64,000 nt of DNA from Naegleria gruberi (lineage: Eukaryota). Positions 43,019-55,000 of the stretch are shown here, piece by piece. The stretch lies in the NCBI GenBank assembly GCA_000004985.1, contig GG738858.1, one strand, 5' to 3'. Within the stretch, counting starts at the first letter, position 1, and each line of letters opens with the position of its first letter. Made by a program: the position numbers and the translations under genes. A model generated the notes under the pieces. That model saw only the letters and a program-made list of their open reading frames with translations, was not told where the DNA came from and ran no database searches.

Positions 43019-44664
43019 ATGATTCAAAATTTTAAAGTTCATTCCGAAGAAGACTTTTTCGATAATGGAGAGGAAGAGGTTCTAAATTTCTACAAGATGA
43101 GGTTTGTTGATCATTATTTTGATGACAATTATAACCTTTAAAGCCGAAAATTAAAACAAGATACTCACAACATTTATGCTAGACTGCAATCAATTAAAGA
43201 AGATTCTAATTTTGTTTCCTACGTTTTTAAGTAAGCATTCAATTAATCTTTTTGTTCATAATTTCAAAGAATTTATTCACTAGTACCAAAATTTGCAAAT
43301 TTGAGATGTGGATTGTGGTATCATCATAGTTTTGATTCAACTTGTTATTTTAAATCTACTGATGGACACAGTTATCATTGGCAATTTTCATTGAATAGAT
43401 TGAATCTACATGTTTTAAAAACTGCCCTTAAGAAGGAATGTTTAATGATTGTTGACTCAACAAGAAAGGGAAAATTATTTCCTGATAGTTTTTCAAAAAC
43501 AATTCCAATATGGTGCTGTGTTATGAATAAGGTATTGAGTTATTTAAAATTTGGAGAAAAAAAATCAAATCTTAAACTTCCAACATGGGTTCATGATACA
43601 GAGAAAATTCAAATTGAAGAAAGGTTAGAGAGCTGGGTTGATTTTGTTTTAAATAGTGGTCTAGATTTGAAAGAATTTATTGAAATGTATACTAAACCTC
43701 TCCAATGTGTTTGGATAAGCAGAAGAACAGAATTGGAAAATACCTCCAAGTTTTCTCTCGAAGGGTTAGATTTTATTCCTATTATTTTAGTGAGTGCAAG
43801 TGATCCAGATCATCCAATCAAAACAACTAGTTGGGTTTATATTCAAGGTGAGTTTTATAATATTTAATTATTGATTTTCCCAATTAGGTGCCGGAGATGA
43901 TCATGGTATGTTTTACACTCTTAACTGTTTTAGTATAACTATTTTACAGAGTCTTGGGCTATGGGGCTAACACCACAATTATTTTGGAATAACCACTCTG
44001 TAATACTCTCTCAAAATGTGCACAATGGAGATGAATGTAAACAAGTTATCAACAAAATACTAGAAAATGAAAGGAAAACATCATCAATATCTGATTCTCA
44101 ACATTTACATGATTCCTGCGCCATATCAAGTCTTCATATCGACACAACAGAAAATTCAAATAATCTACTAGCTGTTAAAATTGGAAATTCTAATCTTTTA
44201 ATTGGAAATTATTCTAATTGTGAGTACTTACCATTATTTTAATTTAACAATGGCTGCATCTATTAGTTTCCTCATTCCAAAGTCTTAATAGGCATTTTGA
44301 AACGAATTTAAACCAATCTGTATTTATTTGCTGTTGTGATACAGATATTGAACTCTCACGTGGAAAATGTGTTTTCCTTATTGATAGTAAGAAGCACAAG
44401 AGGGGTTTGGAAGAAGTTTTAGGTGAAATTCTATATTTTATAGAACAAGAATTGGAAAAGGAAATGAATGTGTATGTACTTGGAAGGACTGGAAAGAATG
44501 AAGAAATTGTTGTTGGATTGGCAGCGATGTGCTCTCTTTTCGATTCAGACAGTAAGTATTCCATTTTCAAATATTTGATTAGTTTTATTTCTGAAAAGAT
44601 AATTTCGAAAAAAACAAACAAAATAGAGATTACACAAGGCAACATTTATGTGATAAACAAATGA
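43019..44664 (+). CDS. Initiator-tRNA 2'-O-ribosyl-phosphate transferase (Rit1 family), multi-exon; 3' end uncertain
   Basis: Exons sit at ~43019..43101, 43144..43230, 43270..43847, 43888..43905 and 43950..~44219, with possibly more at ~44345..44571. Introns are 42, 39, 40 and 44 nt. The splices restore ...NIYARLQSIKEDSNFVSYVFK|IYSLVPKFANLRCGLWYHH..., WVYIQG|AGDDHE|SWAMGLTPQLFW and SRGKCVFLIDSKK (Rit1 signatures RCGSWY, GLTPELFW). The track and my indexing differ by 1 nt in the 43921 line. Confidence 0.55.
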
Positions 44665-44778
44665 TAAGAAAGAAATTAATGTACATACAATCATTTATTA
44701 ATGATGCATCTCCTTCCAGGAGCATGATGAAATCCCTCAACAGACATTTACTCTCTTAATAAAAACCATTCAAAAAAA

Positions 44779-45349
44779 ATGAGTGAAAACAAACTTGTGC
44801 TGCCATCCATTTCTGGTATGCAAATAGAGTCACGTACTGAAAAATCTTTCCCAACGGATTTTTCATCCAAAGTTAATGTTTGTATTTTCGGATTTTCAAA
44901 AGAGCAAAAGGAACCTTCCAAGACATGGCAAAAAATATTTGCTGATTTAAAACGTGATGGGGATTGGAAAGAGAAGGATATTGACTTTAATGTATTTCCT
45001 TTGTTAGTACGTTTTGAAATTTTTAGTAATTAATTATTCTTCTTTTAGCCTGAAATGTATTGGTTATTGGCAAGGTAAATTTACATTTTTATTATTTATT
45101 TGACTTTAGAATAGAGGAATTTTTGAAGCTGTAAGATATGGGACTGTGGATCAAATTATTAGAGAAAGAACCTATTTGATTCACACAGACCAAGTTAAAT
45201 TTAGACAAAGTTTACAAGTAGATTCAGATGAAAAAATCCTCATAGCTGCATTCCAAAAAGATGGAACTTTACTTTACAAATCAACTGAAGGTTCTTATGA
45301 AGCAAGCAGAGGAGAGGAAGTGATTGGAAAATTTAATGAATTATTATAA
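44779..45349 (+). CDS. Hypothetical protein; two ORF segments probably joined by one or two small introns
   Basis: ORFs 44779..45033 (ATG start) and 45146..45349 (same-strand continuation) lie on the same strand with GTAA donors between them. No family recognised and the join is unresolved. Confidence 0.25.
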
Positions 45350-45376
45350 ATTATATTTTAATATTATTATTACTAT

Positions 45377-46186
45377 CTACACATAAAGCTCTGTACAGGC
45401 TTCCAAGAATTGATCAAAAGTAAAAGTAGCTTGTCCGTTTCTGTAAAAGTCTTTTGGTTGGAAAATATTTCTGACAATACCAACATAAACACAAAGTTCA
45501 ATGTATCCATCAAAATTTAAAGATCCCTTTTTTTGTGTATCAACAGTTTGGAATATCTTTTGCAACACAATTGGTGAAATTCTGTAGCCTGACTGAGCAA
45601 GTGCTCGTGAGATTTCATCAAAAGATAAACTTCCAGACTTGTCAGTATCTACAAACTCAAATCCTTGCTTCATTTGAAGTAAATATTGATGTAATTGCAT
45701 AAATTCCTCAAAATCAATTTCAGCATTATTATTCCTGTCAAACATTTTAATTAATCTTTTTGCACCTGTCAAAATTCTTGTACCTCATTCAATTAATAAA
45801 GACTTACATCTTTCACTGAAGACTTTTCCTGTAAATTCAGATCCTGGTTGAGTGAGTGCTTTTTGAAGCTCTATCCAAGTAATTTTTCCAGATCTATCCA
45901 AATCAACAGCATCAAAAAACGGTCTAAGTGGGTGAGATTGCATTTGTGGTTGATAAATACCATATTGTGATTGTTGATGGTTTCCGTATTGTTGTGGTTG
46001 CTGTTGATAACCTCCTACTTGTGGTTGCTGTGGTGGTTGATTGTAACCTCCTACTTGTGGTTGTTGATAACCACCATATTGTGGTGGAGGTTGTTGGTAA
46101 CCGCCATATTGTGGAGGTTGTTGATAGCCTCCTGTCTGTTGATAACCTTGAGGTGTGCCTTGTGGAGCTCTAAAGCTTTGATTCAT
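45377..46186 (-). CDS. Penta-EF-hand Ca-binding protein (ALG-2/peflin-like)
   Basis: Two exons (minus strand) at ~46186..45808 and 45765..45377, with a 42-nt intron GTAAGT...TTTGACAG. The N-terminus has G/Y/Q/P-rich repeats (GGYQQPPQYGGYQQP...). EF-hands include DLDRSGKITWIEL, FDRNNNAEIDFEEF and DTDKSGSLSFDEI. Confidence 0.75.
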
Positions 46187-46283
46187 TTTTTTTTATTTTA
46201 AATTAGAAGAAATTAGAAGGTTTATTCCTTACGTATTAAAATGCATTTTAATAAATTTACTTGATAGGAATGTTATTAATAAA

Positions 46284-46887
46284 TTATTTACTCCACCATT
46301 CACTTGCACTTCCTTTATAACAATAAACATTTTCAATGCCTAATTCAGAAAGGGTTTGAGCAGCCATTTGTGCCCTTCCTCCTAATTTGCAATAGACAAT
46401 AATCTTCTTAGAGATTGTTTCATCATCTCCAAAGATAGATTTTTTAGCTTTGGATGAAATAAAAGCATGTGAAACACCACCATAACCACTAGATGCAAGA
46501 GTAGAATCAGAGTGAACATTAGGTTTTTCAAATCCTTTACATTTTCAGTTGCTAATCAATTATTCACAACTTACCATATGTTTGTTTAAATTGCTTATTA
46601 TCCAAGGTCAAAAAAGCAGGTCCTAAATCACCTACAGGTATGTTGTAAGCTGATGAATGAATTGGAGGAAGTTCAGATGAATTAAATTCTGATGGTTCTC
46701 TCACATCAATTAAAATAAAATCTTCTACCGGAGTCTTTTCCTTGATTAGTTGTTCAACTTGTTGCTTTGTAATAAAACTGAATTGCATATTAATAGAGGA
46801 TGTATTAAATCTCCTAATGGTTCCAGTATTTATGATCAACGATTTGGAATTTATTTTAAGAATTGGTGTGGTTAAGTGTTTGAACAT
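46284..46887 (-). CDS. Single-domain rhodanese (thiosulfate sulfurtransferase-like) protein
   Basis: Two exons (minus strand) at ~46887..46575 and 46535..46284, with a 39-nt intron GTAAGT...GTAAAG. It carries IDVREPSEF and the active-site loop YCKLGGRAQ; the N-terminus is presequence-like. Confidence 0.65.
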
Positions 46888-46957
46888 TTTTTTGTATTAA
46901 AAGGTACTTTAACAATAGAGAATCATCAAGCACTTATTTGTGAACGATTCTTTGTCT

Positions 46958-47677
46958 TCAACAACTCTTGAAAAACTTTACAATAAATAAATATTCACCT
47001 TGAACCCATTTCTTTAAAACAATCTTACTTGCGAAACCTCCATTCTCTTCAAGACTAAGCAATTTCATAACCTCTTGAGGTCTATTATCTTCAATAAGAA
47101 CGAAATAAAAAACACCATCTCTTGACAAAATGTCCTTAATCATTGGAATGAATTTATCAATAACTTCTCTGCCATCAATACCACCTGCATAGGCTGCTCT
47201 GACGTCATTATGTCCCATTTCGTATTGTTCGGATGGAACATATGGTGGATTAAATATAAGTAAATCTATTTTGTTCTTCATTCTTTGTTTAAATGCTGAA
47301 TGAAAATCGGTAAGGACAACATCACAACAAATTGGGACTTGTTGTGGTGTTATCTTATTATTTTCCAATGTTTTTCTTGTCATCAAAGCAGCATTTGGAT
47401 TAATATCGGAGCAAAGTAATAAAAATGAATAAGATGCATTCATTAATTGATGATTATTGTTTAATAATTTATAAAGAAATGTTGTAACATATCCACTTCC
47501 GCTTCCTATTTCAAGACAACATTTTAATCCACATTTCGAATTGAGTAAATGATTTACAATATAATCTTTTTCCAAAGCATCCACTAACAAATAAGTATCA
47601 TCATTAAATTCATAAACAAGTTTGAAATCGGAAGTTTTCATGTGGCCCATATTGGGGTCGTTGATACTTTTTGGCAT
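46958..47677 (-). CDS. HemK2/N6AMT1-type protein methyltransferase (eRF1 Gln methyltransferase, Mtq2-like)
   Basis: VYEFNDDTYLLVDALE, an SAM-binding LEIGSGSGYV and the NPPY motif. I propose the true ATG at 47677 (MPKSIND...). Confidence 0.7.
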   Translation of the reverse strand: MPKSINDPNMGHMKTSDFKLVYEFNDDTYLLVDALEKDYIVNHLLNSKCGLKCCLEIGSGSGYVTTFLYKLLNNNHQLMNASYSFLLLCSDINPNAALMTRKTLENNKITPQQVPICCDVVLTDFHSAFKQRMKNKIDLLIFNPPYVPSEQYEMGHNDVRAAYAGGIDGREVIDKFIPMIKDILSRDGVFYFVLIEDNRPQEVMKLLSLEENGGFASKIVLKKWVQGEYLFIVKFFKSC

Positions 47678-47708
47678 TTTTATTAATAATAATTGCAAAT
47701 ATTGTAAA

Positions 47709-48681
47709 TTATCCACAACACCCTTTCTTCCCACTTGTAGGAGAGGTGTTATTTGAAGGATTTTGAAGTTGAGATATTGGTACTAGTCCAACATTACTTG
47801 GTTTAATTTCAGAGTTTTTAGCCTTTCTTTTTTCAAATTCTTCTACAATAGTGTCAAAAATAACATCAATATTCACTCCATCCTTTGAACTTGTTACAAA
47901 ATGTTTGAATACAACTCTATGTGATGACGTGAATTCCTCTACTTGTCTTTCAGATATTACAGATTTTCCAAGATCAGATTTAGTACCAACTAGTATAATG
48001 AAACAATCCTCTGCTGGAGCACTCGTTTCCAATTTATGCACCCATTTAGAAACATTTTGAAAGGTTCCTTCCTCAATCACACTATAACAAACAAGTGCTA
48101 CATTTGTGTGACGGCAGTAGAAAGAGCTATTCCATTTGAATGAATATTTAATGAACGAATACTAACCTCAAAGAATCATATCTTTCCTATTGATGAGTTA
48201 AATGATCAAGAATTTTCAATTAGCGTCAAATCTTACCTGACCAGCTTTGATGATTGATTTAGATGAATTTTAAAGCAATTACTAACCAGTATCCCAAAGT
48301 CCTAATTCTAAATGTTTTCCGTTTTTTGTTGGAATGGCTTTCTTCAAACATGTTAATAAATTCTTTCTCTCAAATACCTACTTTAAAGAATGAAGCGCCA
48401 ATAGTGGATCTTGTATTTCCGAATGTATTATTTAAAAATCTAACCAACTTTTGATCATTGTAGATTTTTACTCGTTGATGACTTACCAAACTGATTTTTC
48501 TTAGAATATTTAAATTATTTAAAAATCATACCTGGTCTACTACAGTGTTATTGTATTTACTATTAATCCCTACCTTTCCTACACCACTGTCACCTGTTTT
48601 ATTGGTTACTCAATCAGGATTTGTTTTAAACGTACCAAGCATGACAACTTTGATGTCCACTCCTTCATTCTTTTTGCTCAT
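47709..48681 (-). CDS. Rab5-like small GTPase with at least 8 exons, including an 8-nt micro-exon
   Basis: The minus ATG at 48681 begins MSKKNEGVDIKVVMLG|DSGVGK (donor GTACGT). Downstream exons encode LVRFLNNTFGNTRSTIGASFFK|AIPTKNGKHLELGLWDT|AGQ|ERYDSL|SSFYCRHTNVALVCYSV...LVGTKSDL...GKKGCCG*. An 8-nt exon CTGGTCAG (AGQ) is flanked by 42- and 50-nt introns. The exon(s) supplying GK[S/T]xL between the P-loop and LVRF cannot be resolved with canonical in-frame sites. Confidence 0.65.
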
Positions 48682-48691
48682 TTTTTAAAAA

Positions 48692-49513
48692 ATGTCTAAC
48701 GTTGTCTTTCATTGTTCGATAGTAAAATTGCCAGATGAAACTGTGGTTGAAAACTCCTTTGATATTGATAAACCAATACACGCCCAACTCGGAAATGGGC
48801 AATTAAAGTTTTTAGATATGGAAGAAAAACTTAGTGTGATGAATCCAGGAGAAACATGTGAGATTTTAACATTAGGAGAGGATCTTGTTAAATATAAAAT
48901 TTCCATCAAACTATTACGAAAATATTCGAGTGATGGCAATGCTACGGAATGGGATTATTCAGATGAAGAGAGCTACAATATAGCTCTAAACAAAAAAGAA
49001 GATGGCAACTTATTCTTCTCTCAAAATAAGAATATTTCAGCTTCCAGATGTTATCGAAGCGGAATTAAACATGTGAGAAGGATCTCCAAATTGAAATGGG
49101 ATTTAAATAATAGAAAGGCTAGGGATTTGTTGATCACTCTGTTCAATAATCTACTCACATGTGAGTTAAAACTTAAAAGATACTCGAATGTTGTAAAGTT
49201 TAGTACTGAATGTCTTGATAATATCGGAGAAAATGTTAAAAGTTATTACAAAAGAGGTGAGGCAAATATGAATGATGGAAATTATTCTTTGGCTAATGAA
49301 GATTTCAGAAAAGCTAAAGAGCTGCTACTCACAGTTGATTCAAATGCTGAAATTTCTGTAATCAGTAAGGTTATTACAGGCTCTCCTAAGACTATTGCAG
49401 CAGATATGTACGACAAGATGATCAAACTATTAGATTCGTCAATTCAAAAGTGCACTAAACTGGATCAAGATTACAATCAAAACATGAAAAACATGTTTAA
49501 AAAGATGTTTTAA
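48692..49513 (+). CDS. FKBP-like / TPR-containing protein (FKBPL/AIP-like)
   Basis: 273 aa. An N-terminal beta-rich FKBP-like region (no obvious catalytic residues) is followed by a C-terminal 3-TPR module (GNLFFSQNKNISASRCYRSGIKH..., SYYKRGEANMNDGNYSLANEDFRKAKEL). Its ATG lies 10 bp from the divergent Rab5-like ATG. Confidence 0.5.
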   Translation: MSNVVFHCSIVKLPDETVVENSFDIDKPIHAQLGNGQLKFLDMEEKLSVMNPGETCEILTLGEDLVKYKISIKLLRKYSSDGNATEWDYSDEESYNIALNKKEDGNLFFSQNKNISASRCYRSGIKHVRRISKLKWDLNNRKARDLLITLFNNLLTCELKLKRYSNVVKFSTECLDNIGENVKSYYKRGEANMNDGNYSLANEDFRKAKELLLTVDSNAEISVISKVITGSPKTIAADMYDKMIKLLDSSIQKCTKLDQDYNQNMKNMFKKMF

Positions 49514-49514
49514 T

Positions 49515-50909
49515 TTAAGGACATTTTTTTGCTAAACATTGAGCAGCACCCATTTCATCAAACTCTGATTTAGAAATCCACATAGATTGAAAAGATCCTA
49601 AACTAGCAAGTATTGATCCACCAATGAATGAAGCATACTTTCTTTCTTGTAGTTGAGCCACTGCTGTTTGCATTGTTGATTGGGTTGAGGAGTTACCCAT
49701 AGATGTGGAAAGTGTGTGAATATTTGCAGATATTTTTGTGTTGAGTGGATGTTTAACTTTAACATTATTTGGCGCCATTCTTATTAATTCGTGTTCATAC
49801 CTTGTTGGTACACCAGGAATTAATGTATTTCCACCAACTAACAAAATATTTGAATATAATTCCTTCCTAAGATCCACGTCACATTTGTTGATAGAATCAC
49901 ATGTCAATTTTGCAAGTCCATATTCATGGTTGAATAAACGTTCACAAATTGAGAATCTTTCAAGACCAATTTCAATATCGTTTCCATCATTTAACTCAAA
50001 GCTCACAAGTGGTGTGTTTCCTGTTTGAACAGCTCCATCCTCTGATGCTCTTAGTAGATTGATCTTCATGTCTCCAACAATTCTGTTGATTGAATAATCA
50101 TTAAAAGATTGTGTTAATCCGTCAATATGGTGTTCTACAATTTTAGTGGATTTGGAGCTTGGTTGTTGAGAGCTTCTTTGCTTAGTAAATTGATGAGGAG
50201 CAAGGATGTCCTTACCTCCCCTCTTTGTTTTAACTAGATTTCTTAGATCTTCGTCCAATACTTTTCCACAAACTTTAGTAGTTTTGATTGTGCTTTGACG
50301 AAGAGCCAAACCGTCATGCACAGATGTGACAGTTGTAGCATTATGACCACTGTCAACAACTAGGGCTGTGTATTTTCCATTTGCAAAACAGCTTAAAACT
50401 GGTTGTTTGGACAAGAAAAAACTTGGAATATTACATTTCTCAAAAACTAGAGATGCTAACTTTTCTCTTCCTGATGAAGAACAAAGAGGATCTTCTGACA
50501 TTAAAAGTGGGTGTTCGTTCGGTTTCACACCTAGTCTTTCGTCATAAATATAATTTAAAGCCTTCTCAAAATAATCAATGTTTTGAACTAAACTTCAATA
50601 AGTCAAATAATAATAAATTATCAACATACTCTCTCCAGTATCTGAATTAAAGATGTTTTGTACTTCCATGCCAGGCCTTGCGAAGGAAATTTCCTTGTTA
50701 CCCACATAATAGCTAGAAATTTTTGATTTATCATCACTGTCAAATACAGTACCAATCACCTAGTAATGTTGGTTAGAAATAGAATCTCGGAAAACTTACT
50801 GATGGGATGATCGCCTTTGGATTTTCTTCTCCTGCAAATCCAGCTTTAATTGTGTGAGTACCGACATCAATAACAACGGCTCCAACCTCGTCTCCACCAA
50901 AAGTGTTCA
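49515..50909 (-). CDS. Actin-related protein 4 (Arp4/BAF53)
   Basis: Three exons (minus strand) at ~50909..50801, 50760..50630 and 50592..49515, with introns of 40 and 37 nt. The N-terminus MNTFGGDEVGAVVIDVGTHTIKAGFAGEENPKAIIPS is Arp4-type. Actin-fold motifs and the Arp4-specific insert follow. Confidence 0.75.
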
Positions 50910-51036
50910 TGATTGTTGTTTGATGATTTAATAATTTACACTATAGTTGATTGTTGCAGAAAATTGAGACGACCCACTAGTGTGTAGTTCTTGGGTGTAT
51001 TTTTTATTTATTTTTATCTTAAAAAATTTAAATCAA

Positions 51037-51837
51037 ATGAGTATGCAGGATGTTGGTGCAATTTTGTACGTTGTTGTCTCTCGGGGAAGTAAGGGTGAGT
51101 AAACAATTAATAAATATTATTAATAATTTTAAATTATAGTTCTTGCAGAGTTTACAAATCCTACTGTAAAATATGGTAACTTTCAAAGAATAACATTAAA
51201 GATTTTGGAAAAGATACCTTTGCAAAACTCAAAGATGACCTATACATATGATAGTTATAATTTTAATTATGAGGTTTCAGATGAAATTGTATTTTTATGT
51301 ATGACTGATGGTACTTTCAGTAAGGCTCAGTCATTTAGATTTATTCAACAAATTAAAGAAGAGTAAGTAAATGAATCAATTTCAAATTAAACCTGTGAAA
51401 ACAGATGGTTCAAGGAGTATGGAGATTCTGGAAAAACTGTAGCCAATAATTATGCCATGAACAAGTCTTTCAAGTCCACTTTAAAATCAAAAATGAATTA
51501 TTTCAACAATGATCCTGAGGCTAACAAGATTCGTAAGATCAAAAATCAAATTCAAGAAATTCAAAATATTATGGTGATGAACATCGATAAAGTGATACAA
51601 AGAGGAGAGAGAATTGATATATTGGTTGGCAAAACGGATGAGCTTGTAGTTCATGCAGCTGAATTCAAAAAGAAAACTCACCAATTGAAAAATGCAATGA
51701 TTTCCAATACTGTGAAAATGGCCATTATTTGTTGCATATTTATTGTAATTCTAATATTAATAATCTTCTTTTATTTCTGTAGTGGAATATCGTGTGTTAC
51801 TGGTGGAGAGAAGGAAAGTAAAAGTGACTCAGAATAA
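51037..51837 (+). CDS. Longin-domain R-SNARE, VAMP7-like
   Basis: Three exons at ~51037..51094, 51149..51362 and 51405..51837 (GTGAGT and GTAAGT donors). The longin domain MSMQDVGAILYVVVSRGSK|EFTNPTVKYGNFQRITLKILEKIP...IVFLCMTDGTFSKAQSFRFIQQIKEE| joins the SNARE motif RGERIDILVGKTDELVVHAAEFKKKTHQLKNAM and a C-terminal TM. Confidence 0.85.
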
Positions 51838-52065
51838 ATTATACTAAACAGCTTTATTTGAATTATTATTTTGTCCCTTGTAGAAATCGTCTTGTTACCA
51901 AATAGTCACCCCTTTTTGCTCAGTTGGTTATCAAGCTAGAATATTTGAACGGCCGTTTCTTAAATTTTTTTGTAACGTAATTGTCAGTTACATTATTGGT
52001 CGAAAATTATTTTTTTAATAAAATCTTACGAGTTTTGGCTAACGACTTTAATAAATTTAAAAAAA

Positions 52066-55000
52066 ATGCAAACACTCTCCATGCCTTCTACGCCCACAAA
52101 ACCGTTACATTCTGTTGCTCAACAACAAATTGCTGGCATGCCATCTTTCTGTGGTTCAGAACAGAATAATGGGGCCGGAACCCATCCCCACCATAATTTA
52201 TTCATGATGAACGATTATCGTCAAGAAAACAACCCTCATGGTCCGAATACTCATGGCCCACCAAGACTTCCTGCCAATAGCAACCACATTTGGGATCAAT
52301 GTTACAGTTTGCCAACTAACCCACAAATGAGTTCCTTCATTCCCAGCAATATCATGGATGATCTTTGTTTGTCTCCAACTAAGGTATCAGCTAGCTCTGG
52401 TTATTCCCCATTTGGAGGAGCTTCCAAGTCTATTTTTAATGGAAAAACAGAATCATTTCATCATACAGCAAGAAAGTTAGATTTTGACAATGTTCCATCA
52501 ACTCATTCATCCTTGTTTTCCTCTCCAACTTCCCAAGTTGCTGCTTCTTCAATTCAACAACAGGTAAGACAGAACGCAAACAGTTATGAACTTTTTACTG
52601 ATAATGGAAAGGGATCTTTTGTGAAACCAAGTATAGAGTATAATCAAACCCAATTGTTCAACAAGAGTGTTCCCAACTCCTATCATACCAATTATCATCC
52701 GCAATCACAACCAACCTGGAATAATTTCCAAATGGCAGCTAGTGCACAGCCAATTCAAATGTACAGTAATACTGGAGTTCAGTACAGACCATACCCAATC
52801 CAACCACCATTTTTGGAAAATGGTGGACAAAATCCTCATTTCCCTTCAAAGATTCCATATGCTCAACCAATGCCAATTTGTGGTTATCAAGCAATAGGCA
52901 CTGATGTTATGTCACTAACCAACTCTTTTCACCAATGTACCTTGTCTGACAACGAATTGATGCCACCACCACCTCCTGTATTTTCAAAGCCTGGAAATCA
53001 AAGCAAACTGAGAAGATCTTCTTGCAATAGTAATTCCTCTTGTGGCTTGCTCTTAACTGAAGATGAAAACCTAAACAATCCAACCATCCATCATGCCCGT
53101 GCTTCTTCTTCTGGTAGCGTAGAACTAGATGGTTCTAATTGGCATGAGCCATTCGAGAAAGCTATGCAAACCAATAACTTACATCCTAATGGTTACAGCA
53201 GTGTTCCTAACTCGCCATCTCGTCATAAAAGAAATGGTTCAAGTGGCAGTAACAATGCAAGCAACGTTGCAACATTATCAATCAACACTAATTTGGTTAC
53301 AAACAGCTCAAATGATAGCTCCACTCCAACATCCCCATCTAAGAAAGAATCAGTGGATGACAAACAAGCATTTAAAGATGTTCAGTTACTACTAAAATCT
53401 AACGAAAAGATTGGTTATGAATCATGTAGAAAAATCTTAATCAATCACCTCTACGATCCTAAATGTAAACTAGGTTCTCATATGCACTGGAGAGTTCATA
53501 TGGATCTAGCAGACCTTGCTAAAAGAGAAAATCTTTTAAACGATGCAAGAAAAGAGTTCAGTATGGTGAACAGAATGCAACCAACAGCAAGCCAAGGATG
53601 GTTGGAACACGCCAAACTCGAAGAAGAGAGTGGAAATTATGAAAAATGTGGCAAATTGTTAATTGAAGGACTTGACAAGTGTAGGAACAATGAGTCACTT
53701 CTAGTGAAGGCAATCAAGCATTTCGAACAAGTTGATGATTTAAACACTGCACGTAGTATTCTTGGCAAACTTAAAGGTCAAAAACCTGAAACTTGTTGGA
53801 AAATTCTTCTAGAAGGGGCTCTATTAGAATCTCGTGCTAATAACGTTGATGTAGCTAGAAAGGTTTTCAAATATTTAATGAAAAATGTTCCTCGTCATGG
53901 CCCAATTTACTATGAAGCATTCAAATTGGAGGAAAAGTGTGAGCAATTTGAACAAGCTCTAAATATTGTAGAGCAAGGTCTAATAGCCAATCCCCGTTAT
54001 GGTCCTTTGTGGTTTGCAGCTTTAAGACTTTATGAAAGGAAATATGACAAAGCGTATGATATCGAGACAAAAGAGTCTTGTTTAAATGACGTAAGACAAT
54101 GTATTGCAAGAGCAGCCAAAAACATTAGTAAGGAATTGAAATGGAAAGTCTATTTTGAATTGGCACAATTCGAAGAGAGAGCTACTAATTTACAACTTGC
54201 TCGCAAAGCATACAGTAAGAGTGCTGTTAAGGCGTTGGAAAATCTAAGATGGAAAGTATGGTTAGCAGGATCAAGAACAGAGCTCAATGCAGGAAACATT
54301 GAAATATCTAGAATGTTATTGAACAGAGCATTGCAAGAGGTTCCTGCTAAAACTAAAGCTGTTGTTTTGATTGAATGTGCCCGTCTCGAAGAATTTTGTA
54401 ATAATTTAGAAAAGGCAAGAGAATTTTTGAATAGAGCCAAATACGAAGCAAAACATGAATGGAAGGTGTTTTTGGAAAGCATCCTTCTTGAAATGAGAGC
54501 AGGAGATACTGACAAAGCAACTAATGAAGCTAAGGAAGCTTTGGAAATTCATAGAGGGACAGGAAGACTTTGGGCTGTTCTTATCCAACTTAAACATATG
54601 AAGGGTGATATTGCTGAGTGTTATCAAGTTTTCAAAGAAGCTCTCGAGGAAGTTCCTAAGAGTGGTGAAGTTTGGTGTGAAGGTGCCAGAATTGCTCTTA
54701 ATCCTTTATCTCCAAAATTCTCTTTGGAAAAGGCCAAAAGATATCTCAATTTTGCTATCAAGTTTACTCCTCAATACGGAGACAGTTTCATTGAGTATCT
54801 CAGATTGGAATTACTTACCAGAGGGCCATCTGTTCCAAGTAGTGCTGCTGCACCAACCAGCTCTTCAGTAACTAATAGTACTGTAGCGATTCAGGAATAT
54901 ATTGAGAACATGTGTGTCAACGCTGATCCTAACTATGGGCCTCTATGGTTCCATTGCAAGACTCATCCTTTGGATTCTACTAAACAAGTTCTCAGAAGAG

